From the IMG/VR virus record IMGVR_UViG_3300029915_000003: a stretch of DNA of 64,000 nt; one strand, given 5' to 3'. This stretch comes from a virus. Both the position numbers and the translations under genes were made by a program. How positions within the stretch are numbered: the first letter of the stretch is position 1; each line of letters opens with the position of its first letter. Of the stretch, positions 8,934 to 18,593 are shown piece after piece. The notes under the pieces were generated by a model. That model saw only the letters and a program-made list of their open reading frames with translations. It had not been told where the DNA came from and ran no database searches.

Positions 8934-9017
8934 ACAAATCATCGGGAGCGGCAATGAGGCTGGCATCCCAAAACAACGGTCTATCAACGTATAGGCCAAG
9001 CAGTAGGAGAAAATACC

Positions 9018-9614
9018 ATGACGAATCTTACGACGCACAGTGTCAATGATGTAGCAGAAGCCCTTGCAATGAGCCTGAACGTGGTGATCGGCTTTGAACG
9101 CTTCAAGGCCGAGTCGGTGGATCCGGTGTCGGCCGTTGTTACCGATACTACTCCGGTGGTTGGCACTCCGGCAACCCAAATCTTCGTGGTCAACGGCCAC
9201 AAGGGCGTTAGCCTGCGCTTTTGTACCAACGGAAAGCCCCGCAAGGGTCGGCCGTTCCCGGTGAAGACGCTGCATGACTTTGTTGACATGCTGGCCGTCC
9301 GTCTACTCGAAGAGACCAAGGACGCTACCCTTCAGATCCTGGTAAAGGCCAAGGAAGAGCGCCACGACGCCCAGGTGAAGCATGCTCGGGACCTACGTCG
9401 GGCCGCGCGAGCCACCGCTAAGCTGGCCGGAAACACCCAGGAGCAGAAGGCAACTCCGGCTCCGACCGTTACCCCTGCCAACCTTGCGGAAATCAACCCC
9501 GCAACGGTTCAGGAGGCTACCAACTCGGTTGTTGAGCAGGTCGCCCAGCTGCTGGTTGATGAGCTGGAGTACACTCCTCCGGCTCCCTCCCAGACCGCTG
9601 CAACCGCTACTTAA
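9018..9614 (+). CDS. Hypothetical early protein (GC-rich codon usage)
   Basis: AGGAG SD; locally higher GC. Confidence 0.75.
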   Translation: MTNLTTHSVNDVAEALAMSLNVVIGFERFKAESVDPVSAVVTDTTPVVGTPATQIFVVNGHKGVSLRFCTNGKPRKGRPFPVKTLHDFVDMLAVRLLEETKDATLQILVKAKEERHDAQVKHARDLRRAARATAKLAGNTQEQKATPAPTVTPANLAEINPATVQEATNSVVEQVAQLLVDELEYTPPAPSQTAATAT

Positions 9615-9664
9615 ATACATAATTTAATAGGTATTTAAGTAGTTTAATTTGTAAAAGATTTACG

Positions 9665-9798
9665 GTCAGAGTTGGGAATCGGGCTGGAACCAGGGGAAAT
9701 TTCGTCTAACAGAAGGACAATGGTCGGTGAGACCGGAAATCTTGGTGCGATTCCAAGAATTTGTAGTACTCTTAGGACTGAACGCCCCAACTCTGACT
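9665..9798 (+). ncRNA. Unassigned structured ncRNA with embedded tRNA-like domain (copy A)
   Basis: Terminal stem GTCAGAGTTGGG/CCCAACTCTGAC; GCTGGAACC...AGGACTGA; D, anticodon and T arms inside. Confidence 0.7.
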
Positions 9799-9836
9799 TT
9801 AAACAAGTTAATATCATTAACATAAAAGGCTACCAA

Positions 9837-10394
9837 ATGGAAGAATCGGAATTCTCCACCAATAGCGATAGCCGTGACAAAAATGTCGTAGATGTTTACA
9901 AGTATTGGACCAAGGATGCCATTAAGGCTAATCTGGATTCCAAGCGTTTAAATTATTCGATTCTTTGCTATAACTTAGGCTATGACATGAACGTAGCTAC
10001 GGTTATTCGTTGTTCTAATGCCTTTCTGGCTTCCCAGGTGTACATCTACCCTCGTAGGAAGTTTGACAAGCGCGGAACCGTTGGCACCCACTGTTACGAA
10101 AACCTTAAGCATGTCAAGCAGTTGGATGACATTACGGATATTCCGGCCGATGCAATTTGGGTTGGTATGGATAATGTACCCACTGCTAGGCCCGTTGAGA
10201 CCTTTACTTTCCCTACCGACAAGCACATTGTTTTGTGCTTTGGGCAAGAGAGTACGGGTCTCCCCCAAGAGATCCTTGCTAAATGTCACCATCTGTTATA
10301 CATTCAACAATATGGATCTGTACGATCCTTAAATGTCGGTGTTGCTGCTGGTATTGCTATTTACGAGTTAGTTAAAGCTATCACTAAAGTCTAA
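9837..10394 (+). CDS. SpoU/TrmH-family RNA 2'-O-methyltransferase
   Basis: NVATVIR, FGQESTGL and IQQYGSVRSLNVGVAAGI SPOUT motifs. Confidence 0.9.
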   Translation: MEESEFSTNSDSRDKNVVDVYKYWTKDAIKANLDSKRLNYSILCYNLGYDMNVATVIRCSNAFLASQVYIYPRRKFDKRGTVGTHCYENLKHVKQLDDITDIPADAIWVGMDNVPTARPVETFTFPTDKHIVLCFGQESTGLPQEILAKCHHLLYIQQYGSVRSLNVGVAAGIAIYELVKAITKV

Positions 10395-10402
10395 AGGAAA
10401 AA

Positions 10403-11524
10403 ATGAACCCCCTAGAACTCCAAATCTACCTACGAAGTGGTAAGACCCCTGCTGACCTGGAGTTAGAGCTAGGAATCAAGAACCGTCAGCACGGTAAATA
10501 TCCGGAATTATACCAATTTAAGTATAACCAAATTGATTCTCCGACCTCACATCCAATTGTACAAGAGTCCAGGGGTATTGTATTGGATAGTAGCTCTAAT
10601 TGGGAGATTGTGGCCTTTCCCTTTAAGCGTTTCGCGAACTACGGCGAAGGATGGGCTGCACCTATCAATTGGAATAAGGCCAAGATCCTTGCCAAGGTAG
10701 ATGGATCTTTGGTGATCCTATATAATTTCAAGGGGGAGTGGCTGGTCGCTACCAGTGGTTCACCTGATGCTTCTGGACCGGTAGGAAGTACTGGTATCAC
10801 CTTTTCGGACCTTATTTGGGATACGTTTAAGATCAATATGGGATTGAACAACCCAACCGAAGTGAAAGAGGCTTTGAAGTCCTACAATAAGGACCATACC
10901 TTTATGTTTGAGCTTTGCACTCCTCTTAATGAGGTAGTGGTTAAGCACACAAAGCCTGTATTGGTGTTTTTGGGTGGTCGGAACAACATTACCCATAATG
11001 AGTATGCAGCCTTTGATGCTTTTCCAGGTATCTTGCCGGTACAACAATTCCACATCCCTACTGATATGGAATCCATCCAAAAGTTTCTGGAGACTCAGGA
11101 CGGGTCCAAGATGGAAGGTTTTGTAGTGGTGGATGAAAATTTCAACCGGGTTAAGGTTAAGCATCCTCTGTATGTTACCTTGCATCATCTTTTGGACCGG
11201 AACTCTCCTAAATCCTTACTGGAGATTGTACGTCTAGGTGAGACATCTGAGTACATGGCTTACTTTCCTGATATGTCCCGAGAGTTTCAGCAAATCAAGG
11301 ATGCTTATGATAATTTATCCTTGGAATTACAAACCTTTTGGGAAAACGCTCCGAAGGGTGATCGTACCAATAAGGAATACAGGAAAACTTTCGCGCAATT
11401 AGCTTTGACCTCCAAGGTTCCTGGGTGTATATTCGGTTTGTTGGATGGGAAAGTGACCAACGCTAAAGAGTATTTACGAGACATGAATATTGACCATTTA
11501 GCAAAACTTTTAATTAAAGAGTGA
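10403..11524 (+). CDS. T4 Rnl1-like RNA ligase
   Basis: ESRG, PFKRF, KVDGSL, EGFVV and KVKHPLY motifs. Confidence 0.9.
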   Translation: MNPLELQIYLRSGKTPADLELELGIKNRQHGKYPELYQFKYNQIDSPTSHPIVQESRGIVLDSSSNWEIVAFPFKRFANYGEGWAAPINWNKAKILAKVDGSLVILYNFKGEWLVATSGSPDASGPVGSTGITFSDLIWDTFKINMGLNNPTEVKEALKSYNKDHTFMFELCTPLNEVVVKHTKPVLVFLGGRNNITHNEYAAFDAFPGILPVQQFHIPTDMESIQKFLETQDGSKMEGFVVVDENFNRVKVKHPLYVTLHHLLDRNSPKSLLEIVRLGETSEYMAYFPDMSREFQQIKDAYDNLSLELQTFWENAPKGDRTNKEYRKTFAQLALTSKVPGCIFGLLDGKVTNAKEYLRDMNIDHLAKLLIKE

Positions 11525-11528
11525 CCCC

Positions 11529-11696
11529 ATGAAACCCATACCTAAAATCAAAATCAACCCGAATTCCCTAAAATCTAGGGATTTGTTGATGCTACAGTTG
11601 ATTTTAGGTGTAACCAAAAGTGGGATACAAAGGGACAAACGGAAGGAAGAAAACAAGCGGCGCAGCCGCAAGAAGGTTCGTGCAGATGAAGACTAA
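11529..11696 (+). CDS. Small basic protein (55 aa)
   Basis: Manual translation MKPIPK..KSRD..KSGIQRDKRK..RKKV. Confidence 0.5.
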   Translation: MKPIPKIKINPNSLKSRDLLMLQLILGVTKSGIQRDKRKEENKRRSRKKVRADED

Positions 11697-11874
11697 TTTA
11701 AAGTCTCCCTATGTGCGGTTGTGCAATAAATGTAGCTACTCAAAACACAAAATATTTACAAATAAAAACTACCCTAAAAACGACCATATCTATATAGGGT
11801 TGGGAACTTTTCACACAATATATATCCCTCATTCTGTTTTCTACATAGAAAAAAGATATGCTGCTATAAAATAA
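11686..11874 (+). CDS. RxCKH-family miniprotein
   Basis: PYVRLCNKC...FYIEKRY. Confidence 0.6.
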   Translation: MKTNLKSPYVRLCNKCSYSKHKIFTNKNYPKNDHIYIGLGTFHTIYIPHSVFYIEKRYAAIK

Positions 11875-11875
11875 T

Positions 11876-12091
11876 ATGAAACTTAAAGATCCACACATTA
11901 GGCTTTGTAAAAAGTGTCTTCCTAAAGATATTGCAATAAATAATATTAACGGTGTCTTAGTAAAAGAACTAGGAGATTCAATAGCTTATTATTTTTATAG
12001 TGATCTACAATGTGACTATAGCGACAAAACCTCACTAATTCATTGTTTTGTATTAAAAAACAGAACTCTTCGAAGGACTTCCTTGATGTAA
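11876..12091 (+). CDS. RxCKH-family miniprotein
   Basis: PHIRLCKKC...FVLKNRTL. Confidence 0.6.
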   Translation: MKLKDPHIRLCKKCLPKDIAINNINGVLVKELGDSIAYYFYSDLQCDYSDKTSLIHCFVLKNRTLRRTSLM

Positions 12092-12188
12092 GGTATGTAA
12101 TGGAGCCAAAACAAATGTATCCAAAGATAAATTCATTGAGTGGGCCAGAGAGTTAGTAGTGCATCAAGATTCTTTAAAAGGCTCCTAG
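12081..12188 (+). pseudogene. HNH endonuclease C-terminal remnant
   Basis: P*CKVCNGAKTNVSKDKFIEWAREL resembles SCKKCNIAK..FIKW of the HNH at 38308. Confidence 0.55.
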
Positions 12189-12194
12189 ACCGAC

Positions 12195-12222
12195 TTGACA
12201 AAAAATATCAATCTGCTACATT
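12195..12222 (+). promoter_or_regulatory. sigma70-like promoter
   Basis: TTGACA-16-(TGC)TACATT. Confidence 0.6.
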
Positions 12223-12276
12223 CATCAAATCAGAAGTTCCACAAACCAAATGGGCGGCTCGCCCGAGGATATTCAA

Positions 12277-13341
12277 ATGAACGATCTTACTGACGAAAAC
12301 ATCGATTTTTGGATTAAGAACAATCTAAACGTTATTGTAAAGGGGAAACACGGTACCGGTAAAACCTCTCGAATTATGGAAGGCTTCAAAAGGCATGGAT
12401 TGAAGGCTAAATACTTCTCATGCTCCACAATGGATGTTTATACCGATTTTATTGGTATTCCCAAGGAGCGTGTTGATCCTAATACGGGCAACTCTTATTT
12501 GGATCTCGTGCGACCGAAAGAGTTCGCCGATGATGATGTCGAGTGCATCTTTATGGATGAGTACAACCGTTGCCCTTCCCCTAAGGTTCAAAACGCCACG
12601 ATGGAACTTATTCAGTTCAAATCCATCAACGGTCATAAATTCAAGAATCTACGCTTTGTTTGGGCAGCTGTCAACCCGGGAGGCGAAGGGTCGGAGTATG
12701 CGGTTAACGACCTAGATCCTGCCCATTTGGACCGTTTCCATGTGCATATTGACGTTCCCTATGCTCCAGATGCAGCTTATTTTACCAAGAAGTTTGGGGA
12801 AGAAAAGGCAGAAATCGCCATTCGGTGGTGGAAGAAGCTGGATGAGAAGTTCCAGAACCTCCTATCTCCGCGTCGGTTGGATATCGCTCTCGATATGTAC
12901 ATGATTAATGGGGATGTTTCCCATGTTGTGGACCATCGGATTGATGTTTCCAGCCTGATTCAGGAGCTTTCGGTGGGTAGCAATATGACCCGGCTGAACG
13001 ATCTCATCCGTAGCAAGGACGAACTTGGGCTGTCCAAGGCTTTCAATGAAGAGGACTTCGCCAGTTCGGTTCAAGATGCGGTGGTTAACAATAATGAGCT
13101 TCGGGTCCATTGCCTCAAGCATTTTTCCCAGGAACGGCTCATGAGTTCAATGTCGGCTCATAAGCACATTGCCAAGCACGTTCTTTCCAGCCCTAAGCTG
13201 TATACTCGGCAAATCTGGAATTTGGCTCAAAGCGGTATCGATAACGATATCTGCCGAGCAGCCAAGAAGACCGTGCTGACCTACCCGGATCTGTTCAAGG
13301 GAGAATCGTTCAACACCTTTGGCGATCTACTTTCTAAGTAA
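12277..13341 (+). CDS. MoxR-like AAA+ ATPase
   Basis: GKHGTGKT, FMDEYNR, AAVNP and LDPAHLDRF motifs. Confidence 0.88.
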   Translation: MNDLTDENIDFWIKNNLNVIVKGKHGTGKTSRIMEGFKRHGLKAKYFSCSTMDVYTDFIGIPKERVDPNTGNSYLDLVRPKEFADDDVECIFMDEYNRCPSPKVQNATMELIQFKSINGHKFKNLRFVWAAVNPGGEGSEYAVNDLDPAHLDRFHVHIDVPYAPDAAYFTKKFGEEKAEIAIRWWKKLDEKFQNLLSPRRLDIALDMYMINGDVSHVVDHRIDVSSLIQELSVGSNMTRLNDLIRSKDELGLSKAFNEEDFASSVQDAVVNNNELRVHCLKHFSQERLMSSMSAHKHIAKHVLSSPKLYTRQIWNLAQSGIDNDICRAAKKTVLTYPDLFKGESFNTFGDLLSK

Positions 13342-13366
13342 CAATTAGCAAAGCGTTGTAACTACA

Positions 13367-13399
13367 GGCGATCTCTGGATAAAACCAGGGGTCGCTTTT
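13367..13399 (+). terminator. Rho-independent terminator
   Basis: GGCGATCTCTGG/CCAGGGGTCGCT hairpin plus T run. Confidence 0.7.
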
Positions 13400-13412
13400 A
13401 GTTTGAGGGGAC

Positions 13413-13441
13413 TTGACTTTCAGGACCGGACAAGCTATTAT
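13413..13441 (+). promoter_or_regulatory. sigma70-like promoter
   Basis: TTGACT-17-TATTAT. Confidence 0.7.
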
Positions 13442-13470
13442 CCTCTTATAACCCGAAGGAACTTAATTAG

Positions 13471-14913
13471 ATGACCGAAATCCAGAAAGAGCTTACTACC
13501 CAAGAGATCGTTCGTCCCGTTACTCGGTATATGTCCAACCGGGAGATGAATGAGCTTTATCATTCTCTACGACCTTATTTTGCTGTTTACGGCAAAATTT
13601 GGCGGATGTCTATCCCTAGGTTCACAGAATCTATTCCTACCGCATCGGTTGGATTTGATAGGTTCGGTAGGGAGGTTGAGTTCAATATTAATCCTAAGTT
13701 TTGGTCTGGGCTGACTCCCACTCAAAAGAAGTTTGTTATTATCCATGAAGTTTCCCATGTTTTGTTTTTGCATGGATTGCGAGCTAAAGATCTAATCAAA
13801 GAAAAGGAAGAAAACCCCAACGTGTTTCGGCTGGCGAATATCGCCATGGATCTTTCTGTTAATCAATATATCACCAATCAGCTCAAGTTCTCACGTCTAG
13901 CTGTTGACCCTGTTTCCAATAAAAACCCCAAGGGACGTTATGTTTGGCTTAATACCGTATTTACTTCAGAAGAGATCGTGCGGCTTCAAATCAAGGAAAA
14001 CGATTCTTTTGAGTATTACTACGGCAAAATCCGTACCGTAGTGGATGAACGTAAGAGCAAGATTGGGGATATTTCCGTTGAAGACATTCTTTCTTCTATG
14101 GGTCAAACCGTAGATGAGCACGGCGAATGGGACTTCTTGGATTCAGAGGCATTTAGCAAGAAGATGCAAGAGACCCTTAATCCGGAGGATCTGAAGAAGC
14201 TGTTTGAATCTGCCGGGGCTAGGCAGGAAATGGGTGGCATCAATCCCAAGAATAAAATCAAAGAGGGAAATAGCAACACTACATCCAATAAGGGTACGGG
14301 TAGTGGCCAAAATGCCGGTAACAATCCTGGTCGTAATTGGATGCGTATGGTTATGGAGCGCCAACCTCCCAAGCGTAAGTGGGAGACCGTTATTAAGAAT
14401 TGGTCTGACAAGAACTCTGAATACCTGGAAAAAGAACAGTGGAAGCGTAGGGCTCGTCAATACGAGAACCTTCCCAAGGACTTCTTCCTACCTTCTGTGA
14501 TGGAGTCGGACCAGCTCAAGAAGGGACGTATTGTGGTATGGTTTTTTCAGGATACCAGCGGCTCTTGCGTGGATTTGGCTCCTCGCTTCTTGAAAGCTGC
14601 TAAGAGCTTGCCAGAAGACCGATTTGACGTTAGAATGCATTGTTTCGATACAGAGGTTTATCCTATGAAGAAGGGGTGTGACGATCTATTTGGTTTCGGT
14701 GGCACAACCTTTACTTGTATCGAAAACTTTATTCAACAGCAAATCAAAGAAACAGGCTGTGATTACCCTAAGGCTGTTTTTATTATTACAGATGGAATGG
14801 GGGACAAGGTTCAGCCAGAATTGTCTGACCGTTGGTTTATTTTCAACTCTACCAGTCACAACGAATGTTTCCCTGAAACCGTTAAAATGTTCCCGCTGGA
14901 GCAATTTGAGTAA
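13471..14913 (+). CDS. Metallopeptidase-like + vWA protein (DUF2201 type), partner of the MoxR ATPase
   Basis: HEVSH, NIAMD, DTSGS, GGT and ITDG motifs. Confidence 0.85.
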   Translation: MTEIQKELTTQEIVRPVTRYMSNREMNELYHSLRPYFAVYGKIWRMSIPRFTESIPTASVGFDRFGREVEFNINPKFWSGLTPTQKKFVIIHEVSHVLFLHGLRAKDLIKEKEENPNVFRLANIAMDLSVNQYITNQLKFSRLAVDPVSNKNPKGRYVWLNTVFTSEEIVRLQIKENDSFEYYYGKIRTVVDERKSKIGDISVEDILSSMGQTVDEHGEWDFLDSEAFSKKMQETLNPEDLKKLFESAGARQEMGGINPKNKIKEGNSNTTSNKGTGSGQNAGNNPGRNWMRMVMERQPPKRKWETVIKNWSDKNSEYLEKEQWKRRARQYENLPKDFFLPSVMESDQLKKGRIVVWFFQDTSGSCVDLAPRFLKAAKSLPEDRFDVRMHCFDTEVYPMKKGCDDLFGFGGTTFTCIENFIQQQIKETGCDYPKAVFIITDGMGDKVQPELSDRWFIFNSTSHNECFPETVKMFPLEQFE

Positions 14914-14923
14914 AGACACCCAT

Positions 14924-15226
14924 ATGGATCCACTTAGCTTAGAAATCAAGATACCTCCCACCTCTTATAGTATTAAGTTCAAAGGTAGTACCATTAAGGG
15001 GTTCAATAGTTATAAATCAGCTATTTCCAAAGCGGTGGATCTGTTTGGGGGAGTAAGCGGTCTTAGTCTTAACTACTATTATTCCAAACGAATGGAGCAG
15101 ATTAAAAACCGTTTAAATAGCGGGGAGTTTACCATTGCTCAAGCAGAATTAGACAAAGAGTATGCTTCGAATATCATTAACTTGCTATCAGAAGCTGGGA
15201 TAGCCATACAAGCGGAGGAAGTATGA
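14924..15226 (+). CDS. Hypothetical protein with ribosomal L7/L12 C-terminal-like pattern
   Basis: AISKAV..GLSL..L.EAG pattern; function uncertain. Confidence 0.45.
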   Translation: MDPLSLEIKIPPTSYSIKFKGSTIKGFNSYKSAISKAVDLFGGVSGLSLNYYYSKRMEQIKNRLNSGEFTIAQAELDKEYASNIINLLSEAGIAIQAEEV

Positions 15227-15720
15227 TTTTATTTATCGTTATTGTGTTTTGTGTGTTCTTGGCTGTTGGGGCTGGGCGTATTGCCTATGACGCCATGGTG
15301 GCTGTGGACCGTTTCATTACCAATGTAAGTGGTAAAGACGGCATCAAAATCGATACCAAGGAACGTAAATAATGAGTCAAAATCAAATGTTTCTATTTAT
15401 GGATTGCCAAACTATTTGGATTGGTGTACTTACCATGATGTTGGGGTCCTCACGTAAAAGTCAAATTTGTTCTTTTGTAGGTGGGGCTTGTGTAGGTGCA
15501 GGAATCGTTTCTGTTGTAATTTTACTAGCTAAGGTTTTACAATGATCCAAGAAAAAATGTATTATTTAACAGTAATGACTTTGGGTATTTTTCAAATTCT
15601 TTACGCTTCAGAGCTAAAACATTCAGAGAAAATATTCCATCACCTGTTGATGTTTTTGGGTATACTTAATGTAGTCATGGGTTTAATGTGTGTGGTTGCC
15701 AACTTGTTTGGGGGAAAATA
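15223..15720 (+). other. Run of three short membrane-peptide ORFs
   Basis: Coupled ATG starts at 15223, 15372 and 15542; hydrophobic translations. Confidence 0.5.
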
Positions 15721-16359
15721 ATGGCTGGACATATAGCTGATAGCGGTAGTGTATCTTGGAACACACCGGAATACATACTCAAAGCAGTAAGGGAGGCTTT
15801 CGGAGGGCAAATCGATCTGGACCCTTGCTCTAATTCTACATCTGGGGTAGGGTCGATTTGTTCTTTTAGTTTACCTGAAGCTGATGGTCTTAACGCATCG
15901 TGGCATAAATATACAGACTCCAGGGGAAATGTCGTCTATCCTAAGAATGCATACTCAAATCCACCCTTTGGAACCAGCTTTGTACATAAGGTAACCAGGA
16001 ACTGCTTATCCCAAAAAGAACACAAGGCTCTACCAAAGGAAGAGCAAAGTTTATACACCAAACAAACCGTAGCTAGATGGCTCAAAAAATGTCTTGAAGA
16101 GCACGATACGTCCAATATAGATATCATTGCTCTGGTACCTGCCAGTGTAGATACTAAGGTTTGGCACGATACAGTCTTTCCTACGGGTACTTCCATTTGT
16201 TGGGTTAAGGGTCGAATTAAGTTTTTGGTCAACGGAGTAGCTTCCAAGTCTGCTGCACCTATGTCTATTGCTATTATTCTTTGGACCACATCTGAAGACA
16301 CCAAGCGTAAGTTTCGTACTGCCATGGAGCAAATTGGATTTGTTGTTGACCTAGAATAG
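15721..16359 (+). CDS. Phage DNA N6-adenine methyltransferase (Dam-like)
   Basis: WNTP, DLDPC, NPPF and GRIKF motifs. Confidence 0.85.
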   Translation: MAGHIADSGSVSWNTPEYILKAVREAFGGQIDLDPCSNSTSGVGSICSFSLPEADGLNASWHKYTDSRGNVVYPKNAYSNPPFGTSFVHKVTRNCLSQKEHKALPKEEQSLYTKQTVARWLKKCLEEHDTSNIDIIALVPASVDTKVWHDTVFPTGTSICWVKGRIKFLVNGVASKSAAPMSIAIILWTTSEDTKRKFRTAMEQIGFVVDLE

Positions 16360-16366
16360 AGGTTTT

Positions 16367-16591
16367 ATGGTTACCCCAGAAAAGTTTGCTAGAATGATTA
16401 GACCTTGTAAGAATTGGGGTAAACATGGATTCGACACACTACGTATCATGTGCTATTGGAACACAAGAGATCTAGAAATATGGAATTATGAAAACACCAT
16501 TGTTTGGCGGATTTCGTGTGATGGGAAGAAAGTCCATACTATTGATTTAATAACTAGAAGGGTCATAGCCAATCATGACAAGTGCTCTTGA
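16367..16591 (+). CDS. RxCKH-family miniprotein
   Basis: MIRPCKNWG...WRISC...IDLITRRV. Confidence 0.65.
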   Translation: MVTPEKFARMIRPCKNWGKHGFDTLRIMCYWNTRDLEIWNYENTIVWRISCDGKKVHTIDLITRRVIANHDKCS

Positions 16592-17537
16592 GTATACCGG
16601 TAATTTAAAATGGCTTATGGATAACGTCATTTATTTGACGGTCCATGGTTCCAATGCTTATGGTACCAATACCCCTACCAGTGATTTGGATATCAAAGGT
16701 GTATGCGTTCCTCCAAATAATTACTTAATGGGATTTAACCATAAGTTTGAACAAGCCGACAAGTCATTCAATTACGACACCACTATATATGGGGTCCAAA
16801 AATTCTTTGAGTTAGCGGCCAATTGCAACCCAAATATCATAGAGGTACTTTGGGTTGAGGATTCAGATATCATTACGGCTACTAATTCTGGTGGAAAAGT
16901 CTTAAGGAAAAACAAAGAACGGTTTCTTAGTAAAAAGGCTAGACATACGTTCAGTGGTTATGCAACCGCTCAGCTGAAAAGAATCAAAGGTCACCGGTCA
17001 TGGTTGCTAAATCCCCCCTCCCAGCCGCCTAGCAGGGCTGAATACGGCCTCCCTCCGCTGCGTAAAGCCGATAAGGATCAAGTTAAAGCAGCGGAATTCC
17101 TTTTGGATCAGGGCTATGGTTATGGGTCCAACTTCCAAGAAATGATTGAAAAAGAAAAAGCTTTTGGTATACTAGAAACCCAATGGGAACAATACCAAAA
17201 TTGGAAAGCCAACCGTAATCCTGACAGGGCTGCTCTGGAAGCTAAGTTTGGATTCGATCTTAAGCATGCTGGACATCTATACCGACTTATGGTAATGTGT
17301 GGTGAAATTGCCACCGAAGGTAAAGTCATTGTTAAACGTCCAGACCGTGATATTATAATGGCCATCAAGAATGGTGAGTGGTCCTACGAAAAGCTAGTGG
17401 GATGGGCTGAAGACATGGATAATAAGATGGACGAACTATACGAGAATTCATCCCTGCCAAATTCACCAGACAGAGAATACCTAGACGAATTGTGCTGCCA
17501 GATAGTATCTGATTCTTACGAATATGACTTTATGTAG
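16575..17537 (+). CDS. DNA pol-beta-superfamily nucleotidyltransferase (YcgL/RlaP-like)
   Basis: HGSxAYGTxTPxSDxDxKG, NPNIIE and KHAGHLYRL motifs. Confidence 0.85.
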   Translation: MTSALEYTGNLKWLMDNVIYLTVHGSNAYGTNTPTSDLDIKGVCVPPNNYLMGFNHKFEQADKSFNYDTTIYGVQKFFELAANCNPNIIEVLWVEDSDIITATNSGGKVLRKNKERFLSKKARHTFSGYATAQLKRIKGHRSWLLNPPSQPPSRAEYGLPPLRKADKDQVKAAEFLLDQGYGYGSNFQEMIEKEKAFGILETQWEQYQNWKANRNPDRAALEAKFGFDLKHAGHLYRLMVMCGEIATEGKVIVKRPDRDIIMAIKNGEWSYEKLVGWAEDMDNKMDELYENSSLPNSPDREYLDELCCQIVSDSYEYDFM

Positions 17538-17542
17538 GATTT

Positions 17543-17761
17543 ATGGTTACTCCTAGACAACTATCTAAAATGATCCGACCCCATAAGAATTGGGGCTGGA
17601 AGGGTGTACGAAATATGCATATCTCCAAAACGTATCTAGACGATCCGGCATGGCAAGAAGGAGATCCAAACAATTGGATTATAAGTTGTATAGATCGTTC
17701 TGAAGATGATTTTACAATATGGTTAATAATCGATATAGACAATAGAAAAGTCAAAATCTGA
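17543..17761 (+). CDS. RxCKH-family miniprotein
   Basis: MIRPHKNWG...WIISC...IDIDNRKV; paralog of 16367. Confidence 0.65.
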   Translation: MVTPRQLSKMIRPHKNWGWKGVRNMHISKTYLDDPAWQEGDPNNWIISCIDRSEDDFTIWLIIDIDNRKVKI

Positions 17762-17786
17762 CAATCATTAACACGAAATCTAGAAG

Positions 17787-17815
17787 TTGACAAACACATC
17801 AGAGTAAGCTAGATT
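17787..17815 (+). promoter_or_regulatory. sigma70-like promoter followed by a leaderless 31-aa ORF (17822-17917)
   Basis: TTGACA-17-TAGATT, ATG 6 nt downstream. Confidence 0.65.
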
Positions 17816-17993
17816 ACGAACATGAGCCGCAACCAACACCAAACCTCTGGCTCTACAAGGCGTAAACCACCGCATGCTAACCGTCAGGTTGGAAAGACAC
17901 ATTACTCTTACTGGTAATTCTCGATAGTGTCCTGCCCGAGATGAGATTGATCGGGAAAACTCTTTTAAACCCAAACCAAAAGGAAACCGAATC

Positions 17994-18503
17994 ATGGCTG
18001 AACCTATTCCAACCGAACCGCAGCGAAACATTTCTAACATTGGCATTAAAGAAGACACGGTGTTTATCTTCTTTAGCTCTTTTTACCTTGGGCGAGAGTC
18101 TTATTTTTGCCTACAGCGAGCTTTGGCTGGCAACCGAAATCGTTGGGATGATAGTTTTTTTATTAATTCAGCCATTTTCCAGGAAATGCTCCTGGCTGGG
18201 GCTAAAGACGGAAAGCTCCAACCCACAGAGGATTGGCTCTGCACCATCCAAATCGTTCCCAACTATGACCGTCAACACCCTCTCCTGATGGTCGATAACG
18301 ACCTCCAGCAGGTTTCGGTGGCAGATGGCAAGGAACACACGGTCTGGTCCTTCGAGGAGTTTTGCGCCCTGGATGAGGCATTCCTACGCAACGTCAACAG
18401 CGATTGGGATGGGAGCAGCCCCGAGGAATCTTTCGGCCATCGTTCCAGCGAGCTAGAACCGGCTATGTGCTGGGAAAAACTAACCAAGTCAATGAGTCTG
18501 TAA
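17994..18503 (+). CDS. Hypothetical protein
   Basis: ORF track; AAGGA SD. Confidence 0.7.
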   Translation: MAEPIPTEPQRNISNIGIKEDTVFIFFSSFYLGRESYFCLQRALAGNRNRWDDSFFINSAIFQEMLLAGAKDGKLQPTEDWLCTIQIVPNYDRQHPLLMVDNDLQQVSVADGKEHTVWSFEEFCALDEAFLRNVNSDWDGSSPEESFGHRSSELEPAMCWEKLTKSMSL

Positions 18504-18593
18504 TTGGATTGGTACGGTTATATTTTTGTAGCCCTGCTTTCCTTCGCGGGGCTACTTAAAATATTCAAAGGCAAGAATTAACAAGGGAATCAA

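Noticed and set aside
9665-9798. Identity as YrlA Y RNA, tmRNA, retron msr-msd or a functional tRNA
   Set aside because: Arm order is D-anticodon-T with the long stem on the acceptor side; no CCA end, tag ORF, RT or Ro60 gene seen
9672-9836. N-terminal extension of the SpoU ORF (similarly 25665-25880 and 32540-32605)
   Set aside because: These extensions overlap an ncRNA, a tRNA or the upstream gene; downstream ATGs fit the domain starts better
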